Below, piece after piece: positions 14,083-59,024 of a DNA stretch of 64,000 nt. This DNA is from Hormiphora californensis. Taxonomy: Eukaryota > Animalia > Ctenophora. Location: positions 4,836,001 through 4,900,000 of the forward strand of contig CM035356.1 of NCBI GenBank assembly GCA_020137815.1, written 5' to 3'. The position numbers and the translations under genes were made by a program. How positions within the stretch are numbered: position 1 is the stretch's first letter; each line of letters opens with the position of its first letter. Below the pieces are notes generated by a model. The model ran no database searches. It saw only the letters and a program-made list of their open reading frames with translations, and was not told where the DNA came from.

Positions 14083-16039
14083 ATGGTGGTACTGAACGCT
14101 TCACCATGGGATGAAGAGGAAACCAAGGGACATGAAACCCAGCGTGTCAGTGATGATCCATTTCTCTTTGGATTTCAAGATCTTGCCAGCGAATATTATC
14201 AGGTTTTGCCATCGAATATTATCAGGTTTTGCCACTCAAACTAACTTTAAGTCCGGCAGAAATTTTCGTCTAACACAGTTTACATTTCAGGTGCTTAGAG
14301 AGAAATCTCGGCCTAAAATTTGCAAAATTATTTGGGCAGTTTTGGTGTTTGGTCTTATGATCCTTACGTTTTACATGATCTACAAACTTCTCCACGACTA
14401 TTTTCAGTACGACTCGTTCAACAAAATATCAACAAAATTTGAAACGAGTTTGGTGTTTCCTGCCATCAGTATTTGTAACCTCAACTACATCAACTACACC
14501 AAGTTATCTGACTATCTTCAAGATGATCCATCAACGAAAAACAGCCTTGACGCATTTCTATTCGGATTGACGGCCAATGGTCACGACACTCGGGATCCAT
14601 TTACATTTATCAACAAAACCGCTTTCGACTTGTTGGAAGAGTGGGAGGATAACCTAAACGAATCCGTGAGCATAACTTTCAGAAATCAGCTCTACGATAT
14701 GATGATAGGAAAATACGATTTTGTGTTCGGAGGTGCAGGAATGTACATTCCCACTAGTAATTGGTCACTCTACGATGGCTACACAAAACTCGGAAACTGC
14801 CTTGAAATGAATGACGATGGGAGTTTGGAGCAGATTATCCACGGCAAGGATGGAGGACTGACAGTTGATCTTGACACAAAGTCCGACAATTACATTTTCA
14901 CTGCCGGTTCCCGAGGTTTTGTAGCTTTTATCCGTGATCAGGATGAAACAGTGCTGTTCAACCAAGGCGGAACGTACATCCAGCCGGGCTCGGAGACTTT
15001 CCTGAAGATTTCAAAGAAGAAAATATCACGACTGGGAGATCCATACGGGACTTGTAAAGATACATACAGCAAATTTTCAAAGTTCGCCACACCCAAAGCA
15101 GAGACGGTACGAGAGTGCATCCAGCGTCAGTTCATTTCATTTTACACCACCGGTTGTGGGTGTATTCCATGGTATGTGGTGCAGAGAATGGGAAACTTGG
15201 AAAAGTTTGAAGTCCTCGATGATATGGTGCTGGATGTCATTGCGAGGTCGAGTAAAGTTGATGAGGAAATGGAAACCAATGATAAGGGAGGAGAGCGGCC
15301 TGAGAAGAGGAAGGAGGGAGTTAACCATACCAAGAAACTGTCAGGCATAGAAAAACTGCGAAAAGGTGTCCGAAAATTCAAAATGTCCAGTACAAATACT
15401 GTCGATCGTTCCAAAAAAGAAGAATCAGGCGATAAAGGATTCGATCAGGACTCCTTTGGTGGTGAAGACTCTGAAAATTCCACGGAAGAAACGGAGCCAT
15501 GGCCTACTTTAGAACCTCAAATAAATACCAGTAACTACACAAACTACACGTGTTCTTTTGCCCTCGATCAAACGTGTGACTTCGTCATCAAATACCTGAC
15601 CCGAACGGCGGAATTGAAGTACGAGTCATGTAGTGAGCCGTGTAGTTACGACAGTTGGGACGTCGAAATTGATCAAGTTGGATTCCCCTCAACCCTCGAC
15701 TACTTTACCCGCTTTTTGAAGCACGAGGTCTACATCTGGCCTGCACCGAGTTTTGAGTATGCCAAGGAGAATCTGGCGAGGATTCACATTTACTACGCCG
15801 AACTAAAGGAAGACGTTGTAGAGCAGGAAAAAGCGTACGAAGTTCAGAATTTTGTTGCTGAGTTTGGGGGAACGGTTGATTTGTTCATTGGGTTTTCGTT
15901 TTTTACCGTTTTCCAGCTCGTTGAGATAATGATGGCGTGGTGTGTGTTTAAGTGCTGTAGGAGGAAGAAGGAGTCTGTTGATCTCCCCTCCTATGAAGAC
16001 GTTACTAGTCCTACTGTACTGGAGAATGCTATTGTGTAA
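14083..16039 (+). CDS. DEG/ENaC (ASIC-family) channel subunit, paralogue 1; exons 14083-14202, 14291-16039
   Basis: TM1, FPAISICNLN, Cys-rich thumb, TM2 EFGGTVDLFIGFS; exon 1 (MVVLNASPW...DLASEYYQ) is homologous to exon 1 of paralogue 2. Confidence 0.92.
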
Positions 16040-16408
16040 ATAATACTATTTGAACAAGGTGGTAGAGACTGGTAGTGCAATTGTAATACAGTGTACTACT
16101 TTTCAATTATACATTTAGCTCATTACATTCTTGATCAAATTGCCTCTATAATTGTCTCACTGAGCGGTTAAAATAATTTAAATATCATTAATCATTCCAC
16201 GTAGAATTATTATAGAACAGCAATATATTTACATTATGCATACATCCTTGATCATTCTATACATTAGCTTGCCTTGCTCGATCCTCTCTCACGACGGACG
16301 AGGATACCCACAACATAACCAGCTACAATATAATAAATATCTTTGAAAACTTCCAATTTCCAGATCTAGATATGTATCTAGTAGATATGTATCTAGTAGA
16401 TATGTATC

Positions 16409-18313
16409 TCACACGGCATTATTTGCTACCACAGTTGCTTTGCTAGGTCCGGGCTCACTTTGCTCACACGTATTTCCTCTGGTCGCAGCTCTCCGGCAAC
16501 ACTTCATCACAATCCAAGCAACTCCAATCTCAATAAGTTGAAAAACTGTAAAAAATGAAAATCCGATAAAAATATCCACCGTTCCACCGAATTCGGCTAT
16601 GAAATTCTGGATTTCGTAAACTTTTTGCTGTTGAACAACGTCTTCTTTGAGTGCGGTGTAGTAAATATGTAACCGAGCCATGTTTTCCTTTGCATACTCG
16701 TATGTTGGGGGAGGTGAGATGTAGACTTTGTCCTTAATGAACGCATCGAAATATGCCTCTGTTGCTGGAAATCCAACCGAATCAATTTCCACATTCCAGG
16801 AGTTGTAAGAACATGGTTCACTACACTCATCTAACTCTATCTCACCGGACCGTACGAGGAAGTTGTAGATGAAGTCGCAGGTCCTTGCCAGTGTGTAGGT
16901 GCACATCATATCAGTATAGCTGTTGTTTAAAAACTCATCTACCATCCTTTTCTCCCTCCTTTTCTCCCTCCTTTTCTCCGTCATCTTCTCCCTCCTCCTC
17001 CCATTGGATTGCTTGAACAGTTTTGTTATGTTGTCAGGAAGCGAGGTAGTTGATATTCTGCTAGTTTTTCTAGCGGCAATGGTTTCGGTCCACTTTATCA
17101 TAAGATCATCAAGTACTTGATACTTCTCTAGCCCTATCATCCGCTTGATAAAATACCATGGTATACAAGCACAAGTGTCCAGTAAAGTGTCAATATACTG
17201 TCTCTCTATACACTCCCTCACTGTCTCAGAACTTCCTCCAAACTTGGAGTACCGACTCTCAACATCCTGACAGGTGCCGTAGGGCGGGCCAAGCCGGGAA
17301 ACCTTTCTCTTGTTCAACTTCATGAAGGTCTCCGTGCCGGGGGAAATAAAGTACGCACCATGCTCCGTAAACACTGTTTCATCTTGGTCTCTGATAAAGA
17401 CAGCGAACCCCCGGGTCTTAACCCCAGGAACATAATCTTGTAGTTTCGCGTCCAGATCTACCGTTAAACCACCGTGAATACCCTGAATGACCTGGATATA
17501 CGATGCGTCATCGTTAATTTCCATACAGCTTCCAAGCTTGGTGTACCCGTCATATAATGACCAGTTGGCAGTAGAGATAACAAACCCCTGACCGCCAAAT
17601 ATGTAATCGTAACTACCAACAAACGTGTCGTATAGTTGCATCCTGTAATGGTAGTCCATAGTTGTGTATGTCTCACGTTCCCATTTGTCCAACGTTTGTA
17701 CGATCTCAACGTATTGCTGCAAGCCGGATATGGGGTCTTCTAAATATTCCATTTCATTAAGAATCCACATGTAACTCCCAAATACTTCCATGACGTCAGA
17801 ATCCACCATTTCCTCCTCCACTTTTGTGTAGTTGATGTAGTTGAGGTTACAAATACTGATGGCAGGAAACACCAAACTCGTTACAAATTCCGTGGAGAGT
17901 TTGTTATATGAATCGTACTGAAAATAGTCGTGGATAAGCCTGTAGACCATATACAGTGTGAGAGCCATCAGACCACACACCAAAACTGCCCAGATTATTT
18001 TACACCATCTTGGACGAGATTTTTCTCGTAGCACCTGAGGATAATAGAGTCAGAAAATGGTAGCTTTGCTCGTAGCACCTGATGATAAAAGATTCGGAAA
18101 ATAACTGGTAGCTTTGCGCTCCAGTCTACACTACATCTTTAACTTATTTCGTCTCGACCTATAGCTTTATAGTTGTCTGTTGTTTATTACCTGGTAGTAA
18201 TCGCTGGCAAGATCTTGGAATCCAAACAAGACAGGATCATCATCATTGCTGCCTCTCTCAGGTTGTTCCTCGGTTTCTTCCACTGTCCACGGTGTTGTGT
18301 TTAGTACAACCAT
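16409..18313 (-). CDS. DEG/ENaC channel subunit, paralogue 2; exons 18313-18191, 18034-16409
   Basis: Same motifs and the same phase-0 intron as paralogue 1; convergent orientation. Confidence 0.92.
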
Positions 18314-18628
18314 TGTGCCTTGTTCGACCCTCTATCTCTTTACAAATGTAAAGGAGGGTTAGAACATATAACAACAACCATCTCTGTGTTTAGATTTTAG
18401 TCAATAAGGGTGTGTAGTGTGTGTAGATAGTAATAGTTTAATCTATTAAGATTATCATTAATTAAGATAGGATGGCTATGGTATACAAAAAGCTAACAAA
18501 GCAAAGATATAGAGAATTCTCAGAGCAAACCAGTACATACATCTTTAATATTTATAGGACTCTCTTTCTCCACCCGGCCCTCTCTCTCTCTCTCTCTCTG
18601 CATTAAGATGGGATCTCTAAACCCTCTC

Positions 18629-18709
<81 letters not shown>

Positions 18710-18746
18710 TAAGATGGGATCTCTAAACCCCCTCTCTCCTCATTAG

Positions 18747-27529
<8,783 letters not shown>

Positions 27530-30500
27530 TGAGAGATCAAGGACACCCCCACCCCCTGATACCCCCAGTGATAATGACATGTCATTCTGATGAGAGATCA
27601 AGGACACCCCCACCCCCTGATACCCCCAGTGATAATGACATGTCATTCTGATGAGAGATCCAGGACACCCCCACCCCCTGATACCCCCAGTGATAATGAC
27701 ATGTCATTCTGATGAGAGATCCAGGACACCACCACCCCCTGATACCCCCAGTGATAATGACATGTCATTCTGATGAGAGATCTAGGACACCCCCACCCCC
27801 TGATACCCCCAGTGATAATGACATGTCATTCTGATGAGAGATCCAGGACACCCCCACCCCCTGATACCCCCAGTGATAATGACATGTCATTCTGATGAGA
27901 GATCCAGGACACCCCCACCCCCTGATACCCCCAGTGATAATGACATGTCATTCTGATGAGAGATCCAGGACACCCCCACCCCCTGATACCCCCAGTGATA
28001 ATGACATGTCATTCTGATGAGAGATTCAGGACACCCCCACCCCCTGATACCCCCAGTGATAATGACATGTCATTCTGATGAGAGATCCAGGACACCCCCA
28101 CCCCCTGATACCCCCAGTGATAATGACATGTCATTCTGATGAGAGATCCAGGACACCCCCACCCCCTGATACCCCCAGTGATAATGAAATGTCATTCTGA
28201 TGAGAGATCAAGGACACCCCCACCCCCTGATACCCCCAGTGATAATGACATGTCATTCTGATGAGAGATCTAGGACACCCCCACCCCCTGATACCCCCAG
28301 TGATAATGACATGTCATTCTGATGAGAGATCAAGGACACCCCCACCCCCTGATACCCCCAGTGATAATGACATGTCATTCTGATGAGAGATCCAGGACAC
28401 CCCCCACCCCCTGATACCCCCAGTGATAATGACATGTCATTCTGATGAGAGATCTAGGACACCACCACCCCCTGATACCCCCAGTGATAATGACATGTCA
28501 TTCTGATGAGAGATCCAGGACACCCCCACCCCCTGATACCCCCAGTGATAATGACATGTCATTCTGATGAGAGATCCAGGACACCCCCACCCCCTGATAC
28601 CCCCAGTGATAATGACATGTCATTCTGATGAGAGATCCAGGACACCCCCACCCCCTGATACCCCCAGTGATAATGACATGTCATTCTGATGAGAGATCCA
28701 GGACACCCCCACCCCCTGATACCCCCAGTGATAATGACATGTCATTCTGATGAGAGATCCAGGACACCCCCACCCCCTGATACCCCCAGTGATAATGACA
28801 TGTCATTCTGATGAGAGATCTAGGACACCCCCACCCCCTGATACCCCCAGTGATAATGACATGTCATTCTGATGAGAGATCCAGGACACCACCACCCCCT
28901 GATACCCCCAGTGATAATGACATGTCATTCTGATGAGAGATCCAGGACACCCCCACCCCCTGATACCCCCAGTGATAATGACATGTCATTCTGATGAGAG
29001 ATCCAGGACACCCCCACCCCCTGATACCCCCAGTGATAATGACATGTCATTCTGATGAGAGATCCAGGACACCCCCACCCCCTGATACCCCCAGTGATAA
29101 TGACATGTCATTCTGATGAGAGATCCAGGACACCCCCACCCCCTGATACCCCCAGTGATAATGACATGTCATTCTGATGAGAGATCTAGGACACCCCCAC
29201 CCCCTGATACCCCCAGTGATAATGACATGTCATTCTGATGAGAGATCTAGGACACCACCACCCCCTGATACCCCCAGTGATAATGACATGTCATTCTGAT
29301 GAGAGATCAAGGACACCCCCACCCCCTGATACCCCCAGTGATAATGACATGTCATTCTGATGAGAGATCTAGGACACCACCACCCCCTGATACCCCCAGT
29401 GATAATGACATGTCATTCTGATGAGAGATCCAGGACACCACCACCCCCTGATACCCCCAGTGATAATGACATGTCATTCTGATGAGAGATCAAGGACACC
29501 CCCACCCCCTGATACCCCCAGTGATAATGACATGTCATTCTGATCTAGGACGGACTTTGATATCTAGATATTTCACATTTTGGGACAATATATTACGATC
29601 AACATTAATATTGAAAATATGAGGCCAAGTTGCCCACACTTGACAATACATAACTTGTAGTTGTAGCTAAAGAATGAACCTTGGGCAGGGATTACTATTT
29701 GGAAATCTAGTGTATGTTATTTGTTCGAGTATGTATTGTTTTTTTGTTGCAAGAGAAAGGGATATTTTAATCTTGGCTCAGTAGCGGACTACTGGTACCT
29801 GCCGTAATCCGCCGTGCGATAGAAGATCATGGGTGTATTAATGTGGAAGATGGTTGATCGTGATGTTTTTATGTCAGATTTGTATTTTAAACAATTCTTT
29901 CACATTAACCCAAAAACTCTGTTGTCGTTTCGATTTATCATACGTTTGGATTTGGAAATCGTCTTTCCACATGGCTTGGCTGGTTACTGTTAGGTGTGGT
30001 TGACCAACACCAGCGGTCGGGTTCGCTATCGGTTGTGCCAGTTCAAATGGGCAGGGGGCACCGTCCGCGGTGGATGGAGGACGGAGGTGGACGGTGGTTC
30101 GAGTCTAGTTGGGGGCTGCTGCAGTGAATCTCGCTGTTCCGGAGTTCGGTCAGACATTGGACGTCGTGAACCAGTACCTGTACTCCTTACCAGCACCGCC
30201 ACCACACTGTGGCCGTGAGTGGTCAATATGACGGAGCATCACTGAAAAAAAGCGAAGCTTTTTCAGAACATTATTCTCAGTACGCGACCCCATCTGAGCG
30301 CACAGATCAGAATCAAATGGGCATGGCGCCGCCATACAGGGAACACGTGAGACCCACTGCAGCAGCCCCGGCCCCAACTTCAAACCACCTCTCTGGTCCC
30401 ATAGCTCCATGGTTGTCCTGGCCTGAGCCGCCAGCCAGCTCGGTCATACGAATCCAACTAACATGGGTGCTTGTAGTGAGAATACGGTATCGGTTCAACA

Positions 30501-31282
30501 CGGTGTCAGTGAAAAACGGTAAGACGAGACCAATCAGAGCGCCAGATTGACAACACGTGACACCGAAATATATATGTATTTGAAATACATATGTATTTCA
30601 GAAACCGTAATGGTCAAATACCGTATTATTCAGACACTTGTTGAGTTACTCAACAATCAGACACCGTATTCCCACTACAAGCAGCACTGTTAACCAAGAC
30701 GATCATCGTTCTCTTTGGAGAAATTACGTTCGTGAGCTCGTTAAATTTTGGTTCGATTCGTATGACAATACTGACAAAGTCAAAGGCGTTCATTTTACAT
30801 TTGAAACTCTGAACAGAGTTACAAGAAATCGAGGAAAATAACAATTGTTTTACATGGGTTTCCTTCAGAGTTCACTAATATATTCAAAATTTAAATAGTT
30901 TAGTCCTAGACAGTGTAATAATTTACTAGCACATTCAATTATCTCTCTCCCTCTTCAATTCTCGTGTGACGACTGAGTAACTGCATGACGTCCACGGTAG
31001 AATGATTATTCCTTGGGTGCAGGTCCTGTACTACAGGATCCTATAAAGCTGGTAGTGATCGTCTACATGCCAGCGGGTCGGAATCTAGGGAAGAAAGAAT
31101 GGGTTTGTGAATTGAACGCGGTGTCTTTCAAATTTTAGATGCATCAGACCATTACATAATCTGCAGAACTAACTGAAGATTGGCCCGGACAGAGCATTGG
31201 CATTCTCATTTATTCAAGAGATCTGTGGTCAGAGCATTGGCCTGACATGATTGGCCTGACCCTATTCACTGCTATTCAGAAC

Positions 31283-43083
<11,801 letters not shown>

Positions 43084-43670
43084 GACGATGGCAGAAAATT
43101 AAGAAGCTACTACTGAACTGCTGGGTACTGGATATAACTAACTGAGGTGGCACTATGCGTGCCCCCTGTCATCATGATAAACTCATAATCGCAACATGAT
43201 GCGCTTTTGTGCTTGTTGATTGTTTATCATATTGCAAAACAGCAGAGAGAAACAACTATTTTAAACACAGAGAAGGCGAGAGAGAGAGGGAGATAGACGA
43301 GAGAGGGATAGAGAGAAGGGAGATAGAGAGGGAAGATTGAAAGAGAGAGAGGGACAAAAAACAATAGTAAACAGGGCCAGGGAAAACAACATATATCACA
43401 TGTGTCCAATCTAGGTCCATGTGACAAATATAGGCTTACCTCGGAAGACATAACGAGAGAGATTAACTGTATCACCGGAGAGCAAGGGAGAGAGATCGAG
43501 ATGATGTAGAATGAATGCACGCATGCACGCACTTGCTCCCCATCTTGTCTCCATGTCTCGGGTCACGTGGTAGCTCGTCACGTGACCACCGGAGTTTTAC
43601 AACCCACTCGAGAGAGTACGATCTTCGTTTCCTAGGTACCCACAGCAGCTGCCATGATGAGAGCTACTGC

Positions 43671-43831
<161 letters not shown>

Positions 43832-44068
43832 TATGGTCAGGGCTTCTGTAAAATTTAAAGTTTTGTGTAAAAGCTTCAATGAATATATTAATTCATGCAG
43901 GAGGATTTAAAAATACGCCCCTTGGAGAAAAAGTTGGGTGTCTTGGAAATTGTAACGGTTAAAAAATTCCTCGACTCTTTCTCGAGATCTCCAACAAGCA
44001 CTTGCAGCGTGAGACATGATCACTTATTGACCGCATAAGTTATTATATGCAGAATTGTTCGAGATGTG

Positions 44069-44132
<64 letters not shown>

Positions 44133-44840
44133 CCCTCTCTCTCTCTCTCCCCCCTCTCTCTCCATTCGTTCAGTGCACTAAAAGGAACAGTTTTATAACG
44201 CTGATATAGCTGCAGTCTAACAAGTACCATACGAGTAACAAAGAAAACTTCATATTCTACCAGTAAAAGTGGATGAAAAGTAACACAATTTAATAAGTTA
44301 ACTGTGAGACCAGGAAAGCGATACAGAATATCTATTGGCCGCCACTTGCGGGGAAATCCCTTTGACTACTTAGATCAAAGATGGGAATTGCGTGCGTTAG
44401 AAAATTAACGATCACGCAACACGATTCATTATCGATCCTGTCTGGCGGCGCCAGACCCCGATCCTGGGGCGCCAGACCCCGATTTGATTCTCAAACTAAT
44501 CTGAGCGGATGGTGAGCAGATGGGGTCTGCTTGCCTTGTTCGACCCTCCCTCCCCGCGCCCCGGTTTGAACAAAACAAGGGTCTGCGGTGCAAGACAGGA
44601 TCGATCTTAATTTTCATTTGCTGTGAGGGTACTGTAAAAAACGATAGACCAACTAAAAACTGCACTAAAAACTCCCTAAAAACTTGTTGACTAAAAATTA
44701 GGGTTCTGACTCGTTCTCCTGGTTGAGGAGGGGAATCAGATACTTCCCTAAAAATTGACTCCAGCTCCTATCCTCTCTCCATCAGTCCATCAATTAAGAA
44801 GTTTCCGAAGACTGGAGAAACGTGAGAGTCCTAGAAAGTC

Positions 44841-55200
<10,360 letters not shown>

Positions 55201-55427
55201 CACGTGTACCTATATATAAAGGTGGAATCATCAGGAATTAGAGCAGGTAGTGATTGACGGGAGTGATATCAGTTAGTGGGATGTTATTAATAAGGAAGGG
55301 GTGGAGCTCAGCGGGGGGGGGGGGGGGGGGGGACAGAAAATATGAATACCATATCCACATAATTATCTGTAAAATGCTGGCATATTAAACATATTTTATT
55401 GAGATAGTGGTCAGGAAATTATGGTTA

Positions 55428-55615
55428 CGGGGGCGGCTCGCGAGTCGTCCAGGGTGTCCGGGCGGCCGCCTCGGTCAGAGGGTATGGGGGTGAAACCCCC
55501 CTTCCCCCATCGCAGGGTCCAGGGGTGTAGGGGGAGAGCCCCCGCAAGCAGGGTCTAGGGGCTGGAAGCCCCGGTGGGGGGTCAAGGGGGCGAAGCCCCC
55601 TGGAAAATTTGGGGG
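55428..55615. mobile_element. GC-rich ~190-bp insertion, probable transposon fragment
   Basis: Absent from the paralogous segment at 60900-61020; contains GGGGGCGAAGCCCCC-type mini-hairpins. Confidence 0.5.
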
Positions 55616-56081
55616 TTATGCGAGGATCAATGGGAAGGAGGAGAGAGAATTGCCATGCTGAAAACAGGCCGCGCGCACAAACCATGTTGCACCATTGCGC
55701 GTCCTACGTAAAGTATCCGTGTACACCCGAAAAAAAGTGTGACAGAGTGTGGGACATAACACAGTGACGAGCATGAAGGGTGAGTGGTGACTTGGTTGGC
55801 TTGGTTTCAACCTGAATAAAGAGTACCTACTGTACTTCAGAAGCAAATTAAACGGGAACTAAACATCCAGTTTTACACTTTTGATTTCGAGTTTTATGAA
55901 GGAGCAACATAAAGCAATCAAAAATTAGAGTCCATCAATTGTCAGTACGATTTAAGCTTTGCCCCTTGAATTTCTATTGGATCGCCCTAACACAACCACA
56001 TTCATGTACACTACTTTTCTGCCCGTTATAACTTACCTTTTTTCTTGAAATCAACATACTGAACTTCTTGTAGATCTTACC

Positions 56082-57865
56082 ATGTCTGAAGCAAAGACCA
56101 ACGACCAATCGCCATCCACCGCCGACCAATCATCCAATGACGACGGACCCTCAATCGCTAAGTCTTTTCACAATCTCCTGAAGAAATTTAGGGGGCCAGC
56201 CGTCGAAGACGTAGACGAGAATGGCAGTCCTGTGCTGGTAAATGCCGAGCCAGCACCTGCCGAGCCAGCACCTGCACCAGCTGTAGATGAGCCAGCACCA
56301 GCCCAGGAGGCTCCAAAAGAGACACCTGCACCATCATCCCCTTTTAAGATGCCAAAATCAATCCGGAAAGAGAAATCAGCGAGTAAACCTCGTGAGCCAC
56401 CCAGCACGGGTTCCTCTACAGCGTTTGGCAATCCCAGCTACACCGGAGCAGCGCCCTTTATGTTCCCTCCAATGGGTATGATGATGATGGCTCCACGATC
56501 CACCGCCACTCTGGACACCGTAGCACAGCAGCTGGATAGTTTGGCGCAGTGTGTGTCGTGGCTGTCTCAGCGAGTGATAGACAACCAGCAACTCCATGGG
56601 GAGAGCACGCGGCTGAAAGAATTAATCATTAACCTTGAGTTCCAGGTGAAGCAGAGCGAGAACTGGGCGAATGATATTGCCGTCCTGAGGCAGGACCTGG
56701 AGAAGAAGTATAAGATTGCTCCCAAGGGCAAATATGCGAGCTTACCTGTGAGTGTGACCAAAGCTGTGACTCCGTCGGGCTGGAAACCTGGAACTATTTC
56801 TTCAGAATCAGGTTAGTTATACTCCCTCCATTGGGCATCGACCCTCCTTCCTTGCCCTCCTCGATCCCATCTGTCCCTACTACGGTATATACCTCTAATC
56901 ACCTCTTCCACCCTCTTATCATTACACTCTTCATTAGAACCCACGAAAGACAAAGAAGGCGACCAAGAACAGAGTGCAGAGGATGAAGGAGACGACTCGA
57001 AGAAACCCGAGGAGGACCAGGATGATGAGGAAGGACCAAAGATCCCGGAAATTACGCCCGACAATTATATAATGAAGACCAAGAAAATCGAGATGGATCA
57101 CAAGACTGAGATCCCGAGCTCAATTTGGGACCAAGGTCTGGTGTGTGGTATCACCCGTCTGTCGCTGCAGCACTGCAAACTTGCAGAAGTACCGGAGCAA
57201 GTGTTCACACTGAGATGCACCCTCAAGGAGCTGGAACTGTGCCAGAACAAGCTCAAGGAGGTTCCTGCGGATATCGGGAAGATGGTGAAACTGACGAAAC
57301 TTACGCTCAACCACAACCAAATCACTGCTCTTCCTACAGAAATGGGGTACGTATTATGGGTCGGAATGGGGACAGGGGTGGGATACAAATTATGGGGCCC
57401 GAAGTTTGAAAAGTAAAAGTAATATCTGTGTCCCTTCAGGAAACTCGTTAACTTGGAGGATCTGAACCTGGGTCACAACAAATTTGCAGAGGTTCCTGAA
57501 CCAATTTATGAACTGAAAGCACTCTGCTCTCTGATTCTGGGCAACAACCAGATATCAAATGTTGAGGTAAGATTTTGTGTCACCCAAAGTGCGTTTATTT
57601 TGTCGCCCCAAATGCGTGTCATCCAATATTTCTAACAAATTCTCTGTGTTTCAGGGTAAGAAGTTTGTTTCCTATGAAGGCGTTGGTGACGTTAAGCTTT
57701 GAAAACAACAACTTAAGTAAGCTCTCAAACGAGCTCGGTCTTATCCCAAATCTGAAGACAATCATGGTTTCGGGTAATGCCTTCAAGATACCCCGATCAC
57801 AAATAGTATCTAGAGGGAGCGCTGCAATCCTTGATTTCCTAAAGGGCAGATGTACTGAGCAATAG
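56082..57865 (+). CDS. LRRC40-like leucine-rich repeat protein, paralogue 1; exons 56082-56811, 56938-57346, 57440-57566, 57655-57865
   Basis: About 7 LRRs ending GNAFKIPRSQIVSRGSAAILDFLKGR, resembling the LRRC40 C-cap; N-terminal Pro/Ala-rich plus coiled-coil region. Confidence 0.8.
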
Positions 57866-59024
57866 GTCGTTTTATAATTCAGTGTTGTGTAATTTTAAAG
57901 ATCTTAAACTTAAAAACTTAACGAAATTAAAAGTGTGTCTTCATTTTGTCACAATCCGTTTTGCACTCGTATCTTTCTATCTTGCTTCTTTCTATCTTTC
58001 TTTAATACTGTATGTCTATTTCTTTTTCTCTCTCCCTCTCTCCCACTTTGAGATAACTAATGTAATGTGTCAATACAGTTCGCTCTCACGGTCTATTAAC
58101 TAGAAAAAGTGTCCTCTGAGGATTGAGATCAAAGTAGACCAAGATGAGGGGGAGAACTCAGTATCCCAGGTTCCTAAGACGTCTTTAACAAACAAACAAA
58201 CAAACAAACAAACAGAGAGGATTGTATTTTTCCAATTTTTATCTCCAAGTGGCTCCATGTTTCTGGCCCACCCTGTATGAACATTCTTCTACGAGGAAGG
58301 ATAACACTTTCTGCATCTGGGTGAACCGAATCGCAGCAATTACACACAGAATTTAATTCAAATCGGGAATGGGAAATGTTGAGGGGTGCTCACTGTTATG
58401 GATCTCACGTGGTTCGAAGTTTGGGCAGGCATAGAAGACTCAGGATGTTACAAAGGTGAACAAATTTCGATAATAACTTTGTACTTTGCCATTACGTGTT
58501 TGATAAAGGAGCACTAACAAGTTACAGAACAGAATTCTATTCATTATTCGTTCGTTACATTGCAATTTGTTTCACTAAATTGCCTGTCTCACTCTCAGAC
58601 ATCTACATGGGCTCTTCTTGTCACTAAAATGCAACTTTATACCGCCTAAAAACGCCTATTTCCAGCACACATGGCCTCTCAGTTACCGCTTCACAGTCTC
58701 TCGGGTCATTCCTAGTCTCATCACTAGATTACAGCCGCATTTTTGGCCAAAATCGACAATTCAATTCGGAAAATTTTGTACTTTGCCATAACGTGTTTGA
58801 TAAAGGAGCACTAACAAGTTCCAAAGCAAAAGTCTATTCATTACTCATCAGATTTACACCACCGCCGTTCTTTATCACTTTGCATTTTGTTTTACTCTCA
58901 ATCCTCTCACATAGTGTCAACTACTACGACTACTACTACTTGTATCACATACATCGCTTTAGTCCACCAGTTATTTGCAGCGCTCGTCAATACAACACAC
59001 TGACAGTTAACCTCCTGTAGCACA

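Noticed and set aside
14111-14290. N-terminus of the 642-aa ORF as listed
   Set aside because: It reads through an intron; the paralogue supports a different first exon starting at 14083
18472-18480. ATGGCTATG|GT as the CDC23 start micro-exon
   Set aside because: In phase, but too short to support without transcripts
29960-30500. GC-richer block with short ORFs on both strands
   Set aside because: No coherent gene model could be built
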